A stretch of DNA of 64,000 nucleotides, taken from the IMG/VR virus record IMGVR_UViG_3300017560_000010. One strand, written 5' to 3'. The first letter of the stretch is position 1. Each line of letters opens with the position of its first letter. Both the position numbers and the translations under genes were made by a program. This DNA is from a virus. The notes under the pieces were generated by a model, which saw only the letters and a list, made by a program, of their open reading frames with translations, did no database searches and was not told the DNA's origin. Below, piece after piece: positions 49,467 through 59,039 of the stretch.

Positions 49467-49976
49467 TTACATGCCCGGCGCAGCGGAGCCGAAATCCAGC
49501 TCCGGCTCAATTCCGGTAATCTGACGTGCCTGCGAGATCAGCCCGTCGAGAGCCATCGTATTGTCCTCGATCCAATCGGGGTTGGCGTTGCTTGCGCCCG
49601 ACTTCTCCATCTCGGATGAGGTCGACAGGTTGGCAAGGCTGTTTGCAAGCTGAAAGACATTCCGCCTGCCCTCGAAGATATATCCGGCGCTTTCCAGCAG
49701 GATCTTGATGTGCTCATCCTCGAAGCCGTTCGGCATCGGGATATCCTGGCCCTCGTAGCGCAGCCACATCGATCGGACATTCGCACTCCTGTCCTTCTCC
49801 ACGATGATGTCGCCATGAGTGACGAGATTGCGCAGATCGTAAGGGCTTGCGTCAGGACCGACGGAATAGGCGTCCCGGCAGACGGCAGAGGCGGGTCCAG
49901 CCATGATTTTCGCCGCCGCCCCAGCCTTCTCCACGGGCTTCGGCGCGCCATTTGTCCTGATCGTCCTGTTCGACAT
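49467..49976 (-). CDS. Hypothetical protein
   Basis: 169 aa; 4-nt gap to the ParB-like gene. Confidence 0.4.
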   Translation of the reverse strand: MSNRTIRTNGAPKPVEKAGAAAKIMAGPASAVCRDAYSVGPDASPYDLRNLVTHGDIIVEKDRSANVRSMWLRYEGQDIPMPNGFEDEHIKILLESAGYIFEGRRNVFQLANSLANLSTSSEMEKSGASNANPDWIEDNTMALDGLISQARQITGIEPELDFGSAAPGM

Positions 49977-50192
49977 GATTATCTCTTCCTGATTGGGATC
50001 CTGGTTCAGGGAACATCATTTCAAATGAGCCTTCGATACGAAACTTGCGAATCTTTTTCCCGAGTTCGGGTGTCCGATACCAGACATTCTTGAACATGCG
50101 GTGCGAATTCAGCCGATCCATCTCGCTCGCATGAGGTCCGTTACCTTCGACTCCGAGAATTTGCTCCGCCATGCACCAGCGCTCCCGGCTGA

Positions 50193-50987
50193 ATATATGG
50201 AAGACGTAGTAGACGGCGCCTGAAGCTGCCGCGGATCGGTTGGGTCAGGATGCACGAGGCCTATCGCTTCAGCCCGGATCTCAACCCCGATCTGAAATCG
50301 GTGGTGATTTCGAAGGAGGGCGGTCGCTGGTTTGCCGCGGTCATGGCCGAGATCGACCATGAGCAGCCCCTGCACAATCACCGGCCGGCGGTCGGCGTCG
50401 ATCTCGGGATCACCGATCTGGCGACCCTGAGCACTGGCGAGAAGATCGCGGGTCCGAAGGCGCTGCGCTCGCATCTCAGGAAGCTTGCGAAACTGCAGAG
50501 ATCGCACGCCCGCAAGATGAAGGGCGGCAAGAACCGGGCCCGGTCCCGGGCGCGGATCGCGAAGCTCCATGCCCGGATCCGCAATATCCGCCAGGACAGC
50601 CTGCACAAGCTGACGACGATGCTGTCGCGCCGCTTTGGCAGCGTGGCGATCGAGGATCTCAATGTCCGGGGCATGATGGGCAATGGCCGTCTTGCCCGGG
50701 CGATCGCCGATATGGGCTTTTACGAATTCCGCCGTCAGCTCGGCTACAAGCTCGAGCGGGCCGGCGGGCGACTGATGGTCGCCGACAGGTTCTTTCCCTC
50801 GAGCAAGACCTGTTCCGGCTGTCACAGCAAGGTGGATCAGCTTCCACTCTCGGTCCGTTCCTGGACCTGCGCCACATGCGGCGCCGATCATGACCGCGAC
50901 ATCAATGCCGCGATCAACCTGAAGAACCTGGCCGGTAGCGAGGGCAGCAATCTCCGAAATTCTGTTCGGCGATCCTGCAGGCGGTAG
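50193..50987 (+). pseudogene. N-terminally truncated TnpB (IS605/IS1341 OrfB) remnant
   Basis: KLPRIGWVRM, the RuvC-I motif VGVDLGITDLATLSTGE, and a C-terminal zinc finger CSGCHS...CATCG. About 130 N-terminal residues missing, the open frame has no plausible start before ATG 50250, and no TnpA is present. Confidence 0.6.
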
Positions 50988-51005
50988 CGCTTGCATCCAG
51001 AACCA

Positions 51006-51605
51006 TCAAACCTCCTCGCAAAGTTGCCGGTTGCGGGGCGTGCCTCTGCCAAAGGCGGGCTCTCCGTAACCTGGCTCGCAGTCCAGCAACGCTTGACTAC
51101 AAGGCAGTTCCGCCGCGCGCAACGCGGCCTCATCGACGGAAACTGGCTTGAAGCCCCAGAAGTCCACGCCGACATTCACCGAATTGCGCTGGCCCAGCCA
51201 GTTGTCATGCACATGGCCGAAAAGTTGCAGGGCTCCGTGGCGAATGCCGGGCCAGGTCACCATCGGGTAATGGAAGAGAGAAACGCGCCGCCCGCCATCC
51301 TTGACCTCGATGAAGTCGTGGATCGAATGCCAGCCCAGATCCTCGATCCAGCTTTTGTCGTGGTTGCCTCGCACCAGATGTTTGCGACCTGGAATCCGAC
51401 CGATCATGGCCCTGACAAGATCCCGGTCCGCCCCCTTTGCAAGAGAGACATCCCCGAGGATCCAGAGATCATCCTTTCCTGTCATGACAGTGGCGGCATT
51501 TCCGATGATGGCTTCATTCATCTCGCCGACAGTGGAAAATGGCCTCCGGCACATGCGGATAATGGCCTCGTGCATGAGATGTGGATCTGCGGTGTAAAAG
51601 TTCAT
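51006..51605 (-). CDS. Metallophosphoesterase
   Basis: MNFYTADPHL (D.H), GDV, GNHD, and GHVH motifs. Confidence 0.6.
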   Translation of the reverse strand: MNFYTADPHLMHEAIIRMCRRPFSTVGEMNEAIIGNAATVMTGKDDLWILGDVSLAKGADRDLVRAMIGRIPGRKHLVRGNHDKSWIEDLGWHSIHDFIEVKDGGRRVSLFHYPMVTWPGIRHGALQLFGHVHDNWLGQRNSVNVGVDFWGFKPVSVDEAALRAAELPCSQALLDCEPGYGEPAFGRGTPRNRQLCEEV

Positions 51606-51704
51606 CGTTCTCGCGCCTTGTGTTTTTCGCATTATCGCAAGGCGACGCCTTCCAATCAAGACAGGAGGATCGGCAGAGAAGGCTTTTACCAACACCTTCC
51701 AGGC

Positions 51705-53459
51705 TCAAGCCCAGACGACTTGATTGAAATCCGGGATATCGGAGGGCGGAGGCGGAGCTGCGATTGCAGCCATATTCTGGGCTGGATCGGGATCGGGACG
51801 ATCAAGGATCGCCCGCGCCATTTCGCGCATCCTGTTCTCATCGGCGGGCTCCGGCGCGTTCCGGTCTTCCCGGACATAGGGGTTCAGGATGCCGTCCGCC
51901 TGGGAGGCTTTCAGCCCGAGCATGCCCATGATGACAGGGTCGGAGCCGCCATCGGTCCAGAGGTAATGGGCAGTCACCTCGCGAGACTGTCCGCGACGGC
52001 GCGCGCGGCCAACGAGTTGCTTGTGGACCTCGGGGGACCAGTCCAACTCGCCGAAGACCACATGACGGATGCGGAACTGCAGCCCGTCGAGACCCGCGCC
52101 GGACCTCAGAGAGATGATGATCACATCCGCCTCGCCCCTCATGATGGCCTCTTTGGCATCCCGCTTCTGTTTCTGGGATTCCGATCCGGTGAACATCACG
52201 ACGCGCAGGTCCGACAGGGCTTCCTGCCAGATCCGGTAGACCTCTCGGTGCCAGCCGCCCAGGATCACCTGTTCGCCGTTCTCGACCAGGTTGCGCACAT
52301 AGGCCGCAACGGCGCGGGCCTTGGCGATGCCGGTCTCCTGGCGCAGCAGGATGTCGAGTTCGCGCGCGGCCTGGCCGCGCTGGGTGAAGCTGCCGGTCAG
52401 AACCCGCTGGGCCAGGCGGCGCTGCAGCTCCCGGTCCGTTTCCACGTCGCCGTCGTTCCAGGCCACCTGGAACAGGGCACGTTTGAGCGGCGGGACGGAC
52501 TGGGCCACTTCTGGATCGTCCTCGGTGCGCCGCAACGCGATGCCCTCGGCCTGAAGGAAGGCGCCGAGCGCCTCCGGCTCCTTGACGATCCAGTGGGTCC
52601 CCTGCATCCGGCACCAGTTGATGCGGAACTCCTCTCGGGTTCCAAGGCAGCCGGGCGCCACATATTCCACGACAGTGTAGATCTCGTCACCGTAATTGTA
52701 GATCGGCGTGGCGGTCAGGCCGATATGATGGTCGCAGGCCGCGATCAGCGCCTTGGCGGCGCGGCCCTTGGCGGTATCCGAGCCGTGACGCAGCTCCTGG
52801 ATTTCGTCGAAGATAACCGTCTTCAGCCCGAGCGCCGGGAACATGTCCACCCATCCGGCCATATTCGTATACCGGAAGATGTAGATATCATGCGGGTCGA
52901 GCTTGTGTGGCTTCGTCGTTTTGATCTGGACCGCGCGCAGGTGGGTGAAGCGTTCGATCGCTGCCTGCCACTGATCCGCGACATGCGGCTGGACCACGAT
53001 GGCCACCGGCAAACCCCAGCCATCCGCGATGGCCGCCAGGGAGGAGAGCGTCTTGCCCAGCCCCACATCGTCGAGCAGTAGAAGCCGCCCTGCATTGCGG
53101 ATCAGCTCTGCGGCGCGCACCTGATGCGGGTCCGCCCGCTCAGGCTCGCGAATACCCCCGATCTCGCCGGGGCGGTAGGCCGCGCTCAAGAGATGTGCCA
53201 GCTGTTCCCGGGATTGGCGATAATCCTCGATCGATCCGTCGAGCTTGCGGCGGGCCGCCTTGCTCATCTCCAGCGGATATCGCTGCATGAACCAGTCCAG
53301 ATCCGTCGCCCGGTCCGGCGTATCGCGCAGTTTGAAAGGGGGGACGGCGCCGGCCGGAATTCCGGTGAAGATCTGCTTGAAGCGCAGGGAAATGTGCCCC
53401 GGCAGCTCGGAGACCGTCCAGCTGCCGGCGCGGAAGTCCAGCCGCCCGTTCACAGCCAT
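51705..53459 (-). CDS. SNF2-family DEAD/H helicase
   Basis: Walker A DDVGLGKT, DEIQ box, LTATP motif III, and C-terminal helicase domain (QLVGRARRRGQ). Confidence 0.8.
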   Translation of the reverse strand: MAVNGRLDFRAGSWTVSELPGHISLRFKQIFTGIPAGAVPPFKLRDTPDRATDLDWFMQRYPLEMSKAARRKLDGSIEDYRQSREQLAHLLSAAYRPGEIGGIREPERADPHQVRAAELIRNAGRLLLLDDVGLGKTLSSLAAIADGWGLPVAIVVQPHVADQWQAAIERFTHLRAVQIKTTKPHKLDPHDIYIFRYTNMAGWVDMFPALGLKTVIFDEIQELRHGSDTAKGRAAKALIAACDHHIGLTATPIYNYGDEIYTVVEYVAPGCLGTREEFRINWCRMQGTHWIVKEPEALGAFLQAEGIALRRTEDDPEVAQSVPPLKRALFQVAWNDGDVETDRELQRRLAQRVLTGSFTQRGQAARELDILLRQETGIAKARAVAAYVRNLVENGEQVILGGWHREVYRIWQEALSDLRVVMFTGSESQKQKRDAKEAIMRGEADVIIISLRSGAGLDGLQFRIRHVVFGELDWSPEVHKQLVGRARRRGQSREVTAHYLWTDGGSDPVIMGMLGLKASQADGILNPYVREDRNAPEPADENRMREMARAILDRPDPDPAQNMAAIAAPPPPSDIPDFNQVVWA

Positions 53460-53800
53460 CCTCGCGAAAGGGACGCGACATGCAGCGGTTTGCCGTCGAT
53501 GGGAGGGTTGGTCGTCGGGAAGGCCACGGAAGTCACCAGGATGAGTGCGTCCACCTCATCTGATTTCGCATAGCGTTCGAGTTGACGCAAAATGGCCCGG
53601 CGCGGGTGTCCGATCTTCACCTCAAGCCCGATCCGACCGATCATGAAGTCAATCCGCTCGCGGTCGCTGAGCCGGACCTCGGCTTTTGCATCGAGTCCCG
53701 CGTCCATGAAAAGACGGGCAAGCCCCCGCTGAGCCAATGTCTCCGTGGACAGGTCCACGCGAGCATTCTCGATAAGATCGACGATCGCTTCAGGGTTCAT
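53450..53800 (-). CDS. PD-(D/E)xK nuclease, VRR-NUC-like
   Basis: ERIDFMIGRIGLEVKIGH...Q pattern. 10-nt overlap with the SNF2 gene. Confidence 0.4.
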   Translation of the reverse strand: MNPEAIVDLIENARVDLSTETLAQRGLARLFMDAGLDAKAEVRLSDRERIDFMIGRIGLEVKIGHPRRAILRQLERYAKSDEVDALILVTSVAFPTTNPPIDGKPLHVASLSRGWL

Positions 53801-53965
53801 GGGTCGCGGCCTCCCGGGCCGGTCTTTCACCGGGCTGGAGCTCAAGCCCCTGCCATTGATTAATTTTCGCAAACTTACCGGGACCCTGCTTCTCGGTCAA
53901 CGGGGATTCGAAATTCCCATGGCAAGAAATGTCCTCCCATTCCAGTGAATGGGAGGTATTTTGGT

Positions 53966-54706
53966 TCAGATTTGCAGCTCCGGCCGAGGATTGAAATCTT
54001 CCTCAGGCCGGTGATCGCGATCCCATCCCTCGACCTTCTCGATCTCTTCCAGTTCGGATGCCAGATCCTCGGCCGACAAACGTATCGTTGGTTCCTCATC
54101 CGTATGTTCTATGGCTTGCAGGATATGCCAGGGATGGTCGATGTCCTCGATCCACGGGTATTTGCCCTCATCACCGGCTTGCAAGTCGGGAAGTCCGATC
54201 TGGCCCGGAACGAAACTGGGATGGTCATCAATTTCCCGATCGCATTTTTCCCAGAACATGGCGATCTGGGATGAAGTCATCGCACCAGCGATCACGACAT
54301 CCCGCGATATCTTGTTGTTTCCGCCATCCCTGTAGAGATAGCTGACTTTCGTATTCTGCATTGGAACCTCCGATTCCCTGTTGATCTGGTCCTGAACAAT
54401 GTCGCGGAGACCGTCGACCTCATCATTGGTCGCAAAGACGAACTCGATCGCGGAATGCACGAAGAAGGGAATCCCGGTCCGCGGCTCCACCCGGTAGCCG
54501 ACATGATAGTCGTCCTTCATCCTGAGATGCCGGTCGTAGCCGAGATCGCGCTCGAGCCCCGCAAGGATCTCCTTGTCCACCAGCCGCAGGAATTCGTCCC
54601 GGGAAACCTCCTCGCCCTCCTCGATCAGGAATTCGAGCATCTGCAAATCCTCTGGCCAACCGACGCAATTGGCGAAGAAGGGCCTTCTTGCTGGTTTCAA
54701 GGGCAT
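53966..54706 (-). CDS. Acidic hypothetical protein
   Basis: 246 aa. Confidence 0.4.
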   Translation of the reverse strand: MPLKPARRPFFANCVGWPEDLQMLEFLIEEGEEVSRDEFLRLVDKEILAGLERDLGYDRHLRMKDDYHVGYRVEPRTGIPFFVHSAIEFVFATNDEVDGLRDIVQDQINRESEVPMQNTKVSYLYRDGGNNKISRDVVIAGAMTSSQIAMFWEKCDREIDDHPSFVPGQIGLPDLQAGDEGKYPWIEDIDHPWHILQAIEHTDEEPTIRLSAEDLASELEEIEKVEGWDRDHRPEEDFNPRPELQI

Positions 54707-54912
54707 GAGACCGGCTCCCTTGCGGCTTCGACGAAATCGAAGATATCGAAGCCCGGATCATGTTCGATGATTTCGCGAACCAAGGCCTGGCAGAGATGGT
54801 TCATGAAAATCCCGGGCTGCTCGATGTTGCGGGCGATATCCCGGATGCGTCCCAGTATCTCATCGGTCAGTCCTTCGATTTCCTGATCGGTCAGGCGCAT
54901 ATCAACCTCCAT
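54697..54912 (-). CDS. Small hypothetical protein
   Basis: 71 aa; 10-nt overlap with the downstream gene. Confidence 0.3.
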   Translation of the reverse strand: MEVDMRLTDQEIEGLTDEILGRIRDIARNIEQPGIFMNHLCQALVREIIEHDPGFDIFDFVEAAREPVSCP

Positions 54913-55408
54913 GGCTTGGGTGAAGAATACGGAAAGGCAACGAAAAATGAATTGCTTTTTCTCAACTCATTATCATGATCCGGCCATGAGCATTTTGCCG
55001 ATAGCCGCCACAGCCGAGAACGTCGAATTCGCGAAGCAGTTCGTCCTTGCGAAGTGGCGCGAACGCGCCACGGAAAGGCTCATGGCGCCACCGCAAGACC
55101 TGTCAAGTTCCTGCAAATTCACCTCCCTCTTCGCCAGGGAGGTCTTCGGCGGCAAGATCCGCGGTAACTGGGACCACCAGTTCGTGGTATTGCCTGGCGG
55201 AGATATTCTGGATCTCAATGAGGATGCTCTCGATGTTCAGGGTATGTCCGATCCTTACCGGCACGACGATCTCTTCTGGATGAACCGCGAGCACAGGAAG
55301 TCCCTGAAGAGCTGTATGCCCAGGGTGAAAACGTGGATATCCGAGTTTGAAAAGATTATTCTTGAGGCCCGGAAAGATTTGGAAGCGGCGCGAGAGCCTG
55401 CCCCATAG
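54911..55408 (+). CDS. Hypothetical protein
   Basis: Start uncertain (possibly 54986). Confidence 0.35.
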   Translation: MAWVKNTERQRKMNCFFSTHYHDPAMSILPIAATAENVEFAKQFVLAKWRERATERLMAPPQDLSSSCKFTSLFAREVFGGKIRGNWDHQFVVLPGGDILDLNEDALDVQGMSDPYRHDDLFWMNREHRKSLKSCMPRVKTWISEFEKIILEARKDLEAAREPAP

Positions 55409-55433
55409 GAATACTCTTCGATGGAGGATGAAC

Positions 55434-56003
55434 ATGAATACAAGGTTGATGCAGGATCTGCTTCAGCACCTGGCCAGCATTTCGACGGGCTTCAATCCCA
55501 AAAGGGGAAAAGTGGTAGCTCACCTGGCCGGGGGCACAGCTGTCAACTTCTACACCGATGCTCGCATGTCAGATGACATGGACATCGAATGGTCTCATCG
55601 TGTCCTGCTTTCCATGGATCAGCAGAGCTTCATGACGGAGGATGCGGATGGCGACCCGGTCAAGGTGTCTGTAGATGCCGGATTTTCCGATTCCATTGGC
55701 CTCTTTCATCCGGACTGGAAGGACGATGCTACAGTGGTTGCGGACCTTCCGCAGCTGACGATTAAGGTAATCTCTCCGGTTGACCTGATCGTATCAAAGA
55801 TCGGACGTTTTATCGAGCGAGATCGGGATGACATCCGTCTGATCGCATCGCATATGCCCATCGATCCGGAGGAAGTCAGGGTGCGGGCTGAGGAAGCACT
55901 TGATTACTACATTGGAAACGAGGAATATATTCGCACAAGCATAAAGCTGGCTATTGAGATTCTCGAGGAATGTCGGAATGACGACACTGGTTGCAAGCCT
56001 TGA
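55434..56003 (+). CDS. Nucleotidyltransferase, AbiEii/AbiGii-like signature
   Basis: HLAGGTAVNFYTDARMSDDMDIE (GGTA....R.S.D.D). GGAGGA RBS. Confidence 0.45.
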   Translation: MNTRLMQDLLQHLASISTGFNPKRGKVVAHLAGGTAVNFYTDARMSDDMDIEWSHRVLLSMDQQSFMTEDADGDPVKVSVDAGFSDSIGLFHPDWKDDATVVADLPQLTIKVISPVDLIVSKIGRFIERDRDDIRLIASHMPIDPEEVRVRAEEALDYYIGNEEYIRTSIKLAIEILEECRNDDTGCKP

Positions 56004-56334
56004 AGGACTCGGCGCCCGCGAACGCGAGCGCTTCATGCTGATCGCGATCGGCAGGATGGCACGAGGTGAGATCTTGGCATCCGAGGTCCATGATGAACAA
56101 GACCTGCGCCAGCTCGCCTACCTGGCCAGCCTGTCGCGTAACCGCGTCAGGTCCGGAGGTGATCGCCTGACCGCATTTTTCAAGGATGCACTTTCCCGCA
56201 TCAGGGAACTGCCCGTTGCAACGGCAGAGCGTGATGATCCGCTGCAGCAGATGCTTGGCGCCCGTTGGTTCATGGATCCTGGAAAAGTCCGGTCTGAAGC
56301 GGATCTCCATGTCGAGGGGAAATCCTCTGACTGA
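55978..56334 (+). CDS. Small protein partnered with the nucleotidyltransferase
   Basis: GAGGAA RBS. 26-nt overlap with the upstream gene. RSEADLH is a weak Rx4-6H-like motif. Confidence 0.35.
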   Translation: MTTLVASLEGLGARERERFMLIAIGRMARGEILASEVHDEQDLRQLAYLASLSRNRVRSGGDRLTAFFKDALSRIRELPVATAERDDPLQQMLGARWFMDPGKVRSEADLHVEGKSSD

Positions 56335-56353
56335 TCGCCTCTTTCGGTTGTCT

Positions 56354-56401
56354 TTTTCGCACGATCGCTCCTATTCTTGTGATGTTGCCCCTTTGCGAAA
56401 A
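56354..56401. promoter_or_regulatory. Inverted pair of the recurrent motif (TTTTCGCA ... TGCGAAAA) upstream of 56424 gene
   Basis: Two 8-mers in opposite orientation 32 bp apart, 23 nt before the ATG. Confidence 0.45.
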
Positions 56402-56423
56402 GATGATCCGGAAGGAAAAAAGG

Positions 56424-56810
56424 ATGAACCCCAACCTGGATGCCCTGGATGACGTTGTCACCCATTACCGGCCCTGGATTGACGCGCTGAACGATTTCCG
56501 CAGGTCGAACCCTGACCGTGATGACATGGTGAATGCTGTCGACATCCTCTACTCCTCCCGGTCGACCGATCGGAGTGTCGAAAGCAGGCTGCCGCACGCA
56601 CGCGAGGCTTCCGTTTGCTTTCCCCAGATCCGGGAAGCGCTCGAGGCGAAGATCTCGGAAGCAGAGCAGACGGGCAACTGGGACCCGGCCGGCGATGTGG
56701 ATGATACCGGCTATTGGAAGCATGAACTTCGTGCCCTGGATCGTCTGTCCGCGGAGGTTGAACGTCTTTCGGGATATGAGCCCGAGACGGAAACCGTGAT
56801 GTCAATGTGA
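56424..56810 (+). CDS. Hypothetical protein
   Basis: GAAGGAAAAAAGG RBS. Confidence 0.4.
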   Translation: MNPNLDALDDVVTHYRPWIDALNDFRRSNPDRDDMVNAVDILYSSRSTDRSVESRLPHAREASVCFPQIREALEAKISEAEQTGNWDPAGDVDDTGYWKHELRALDRLSAEVERLSGYEPETETVMSM

Positions 56811-56820
56811 GGGCGATGAC

Positions 56821-57483
56821 ATGTCGAAACGGGATGCCCAAATTCATGACCGCCTGCAGAGACTGAAAGAGGCCCTACCTGTCTGGGAGGGCCTCTTTAC
56901 CCGCACGGCAGAAAAACCTTCCTTGGCGAGCGACGGTTTTCCCGATTGCGTCAGGTCGGAAATGCTGCAGACGCTCCGGGCGGCGCAACGCTATGCCGGC
57001 TGGGGTCAGCTTCATGTCGCTGCCCGTCTCGTCGCGCCCATTCTTCTTAATCTTGCCTATGCCGTGGAACGTCACAATCACGATCCGGCGGATCGGGCAC
57101 TCTTCAACGATGAGATCGATTATTTGACCGATGTCAGGAAGATCGCTCGAGAACTCGATGCCGGCTGCAACCGGCAGTATTCTGCCCTGTCAGATTTCCG
57201 AATTTTCGAACTTGGTCTCGAGCCAGGTGAGGAGACGCCTCGCAACCTGAAATATGCCGTCAGAACATACCCGGCAGCCATCGAGATCCTGTTCGATGAT
57301 GGGCGTCAGGTCTATGTGGAGACCGAGTCAGGCGAACTCAAAGTGTCTCTTGGCAACATGGATTGCAGCGCCGCGATGCGGCTGAATGCGCCTGTCCAGG
57401 GCAAGGTCTATCTCGCCGATACGGATTACGTGGAGGAATATCAGGCTGAAAACGATACCGACTCTGCAGAACCGGGGATGTGA
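56821..57483 (+). CDS. Hypothetical protein
   Basis: 220 aa. Confidence 0.4.
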   Translation: MSKRDAQIHDRLQRLKEALPVWEGLFTRTAEKPSLASDGFPDCVRSEMLQTLRAAQRYAGWGQLHVAARLVAPILLNLAYAVERHNHDPADRALFNDEIDYLTDVRKIARELDAGCNRQYSALSDFRIFELGLEPGEETPRNLKYAVRTYPAAIEILFDDGRQVYVETESGELKVSLGNMDCSAAMRLNAPVQGKVYLADTDYVEEYQAENDTDSAEPGM

Positions 57484-57486
57484 ATA

Positions 57487-59031
57487 ATGGGCAGTAAGAA
57501 GACCGGAAAACTGGAATTCGATCCTGAGATCATCCGCAAGCATATCAACGCCGAGATTGTCCATGGATGGATTTCTTCGACCATGGATGGATACTCTCGC
57601 GGTGTGAAAAAGAGCTTTAACTCCCCGCTTCCAAGCGCAGAGGAAATGGGGACGGATGAAGCGCTCCAACATTCTCTGCCGCACATCTTTCACCATGATG
57701 CTCTGCAACTTGCGGTGCTTCAAATTCTCGGGGAGTTGCGCGACCAGGGAAAGATGAGGCCTGTTCCATTTGGAGCCGAGCGGGGGGTTCGCGAAGCTGT
57801 CGAGTGGAACCGTTTCGTCGAAAAGGGTCCGGCTGACGCCCCAAAATATGGTTGGAGCACACTTTTCCACTGTCCATTGCCGCAGGCCATCAGCCAGGGA
57901 ATCTTCGAGGGCGCTTACGATTGCATTCGGCAATTGAGGACCGATGCGGGCCTGGATCCACATTCCGCCCATGACAAGTCCGGGCGAACCGGCGCAAAGG
58001 CATTGATGCCGGTTGGCCCTGAGCATGTCAGCCAGGCCGCCGCAGCTGCAGCGGAACGCGCCGTTCTGATGGGATCAGGTGCGAAACGTTTCTTCAGCAT
58101 GTCATCTGAAATGCGTTGCCCCAAAACCGACCAGAGGCTTACCTGGAAGAGCGACAGCCTTCTTGAGCCGGTGGCCGGCATCATGCATTACGGGAACCGC
58201 ATGACCGGCGAGACGACCCGGTTCGAGGAGCTCGGTCCCTGGGATGCGCCAAAGCCACTGAGGCATCTGAAGATCAGCGCACCTTCCGGGCGGATATACA
58301 TGGCCGACTGGTTCCGCATCCCCGGCTTCAATGAAGGTATCAACGACCAGGACGAATACAGCCGCACAAGCATCAATGCTGACAAAGGCGTAGATGAGCG
58401 CACGCAGGATCATTATGAGCGCCTGGGTCTGATGCGGATCCATACGACCAATTGCGTGCCGCAGGTCACACGCGATGGCATCGTCTACCGGATCGGCTGG
58501 ATCGACGAGGATCATGAAGATCTCTGGGACATCAACCCGGACGATCCTTCCGACTACAGCAAGAAGGATGGCGCATGGCCTGACGTCATCGGCCAGGTTT
58601 GCTGCGACCTATGGGATGTCACCTTCGCCGACCGGGAAATCCTGATCGACATCCTGGTAGCCGGCGGGCAGCGCATCGCTGAAAACGGCGGGATAGGAGA
58701 TCGTGACGAGCCGGTCCAGGGGGCTCCAACTACGCGTGAGGAAGCCGGCACGCTTCTCGATGAATATGCGAAGAATAATTCTGTCGCGGTCATTGAAACC
58801 GAGCCAGGTTCGGAATTGAACGTCTACATGGCCACCGGCCATGGCTCGACCAGGTTCTTCAAGCACTTCGGAAGTCCTGATCTCGTCACCCCTCCATGGA
58901 GCGAGGACATGTTCCTGATCTCGACAAAGGAACTTTCGGTGGATCCATCGAAAGTCGACGAGGCCGGGTGGGTCTGGCCGGAACGCTACGCGGCTCCGGA
59001 CGCGGATGCCGTAGTTGGATTGGGATCCTGA
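57487..59031 (+). CDS. Large hypothetical protein (514 aa)
   Basis: 3-nt gap to the previous gene. Confidence 0.45.
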   Translation: MGSKKTGKLEFDPEIIRKHINAEIVHGWISSTMDGYSRGVKKSFNSPLPSAEEMGTDEALQHSLPHIFHHDALQLAVLQILGELRDQGKMRPVPFGAERGVREAVEWNRFVEKGPADAPKYGWSTLFHCPLPQAISQGIFEGAYDCIRQLRTDAGLDPHSAHDKSGRTGAKALMPVGPEHVSQAAAAAAERAVLMGSGAKRFFSMSSEMRCPKTDQRLTWKSDSLLEPVAGIMHYGNRMTGETTRFEELGPWDAPKPLRHLKISAPSGRIYMADWFRIPGFNEGINDQDEYSRTSINADKGVDERTQDHYERLGLMRIHTTNCVPQVTRDGIVYRIGWIDEDHEDLWDINPDDPSDYSKKDGAWPDVIGQVCCDLWDVTFADREILIDILVAGGQRIAENGGIGDRDEPVQGAPTTREEAGTLLDEYAKNNSVAVIETEPGSELNVYMATGHGSTRFFKHFGSPDLVTPPWSEDMFLISTKELSVDPSKVDEAGWVWPERYAAPDADAVVGLGS

Positions 59032-59039
59032 GAGGAGTG

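Noticed and set aside
50991-53081. 696-aa + strand ORF
   Set aside because: It runs entirely antisense to the SNF2 helicase and metallophosphoesterase genes. Its composition is Arg/Gly/Pro-rich and typical of GC-rich antisense frames, and it has no motifs.
53573-53582. Copy of the ATTTCGCAT motif inside the VRR-NUC-like gene
   Set aside because: It encodes Y-A-K-S in frame. It is a coincidental codon string and was not counted as a regulatory site.
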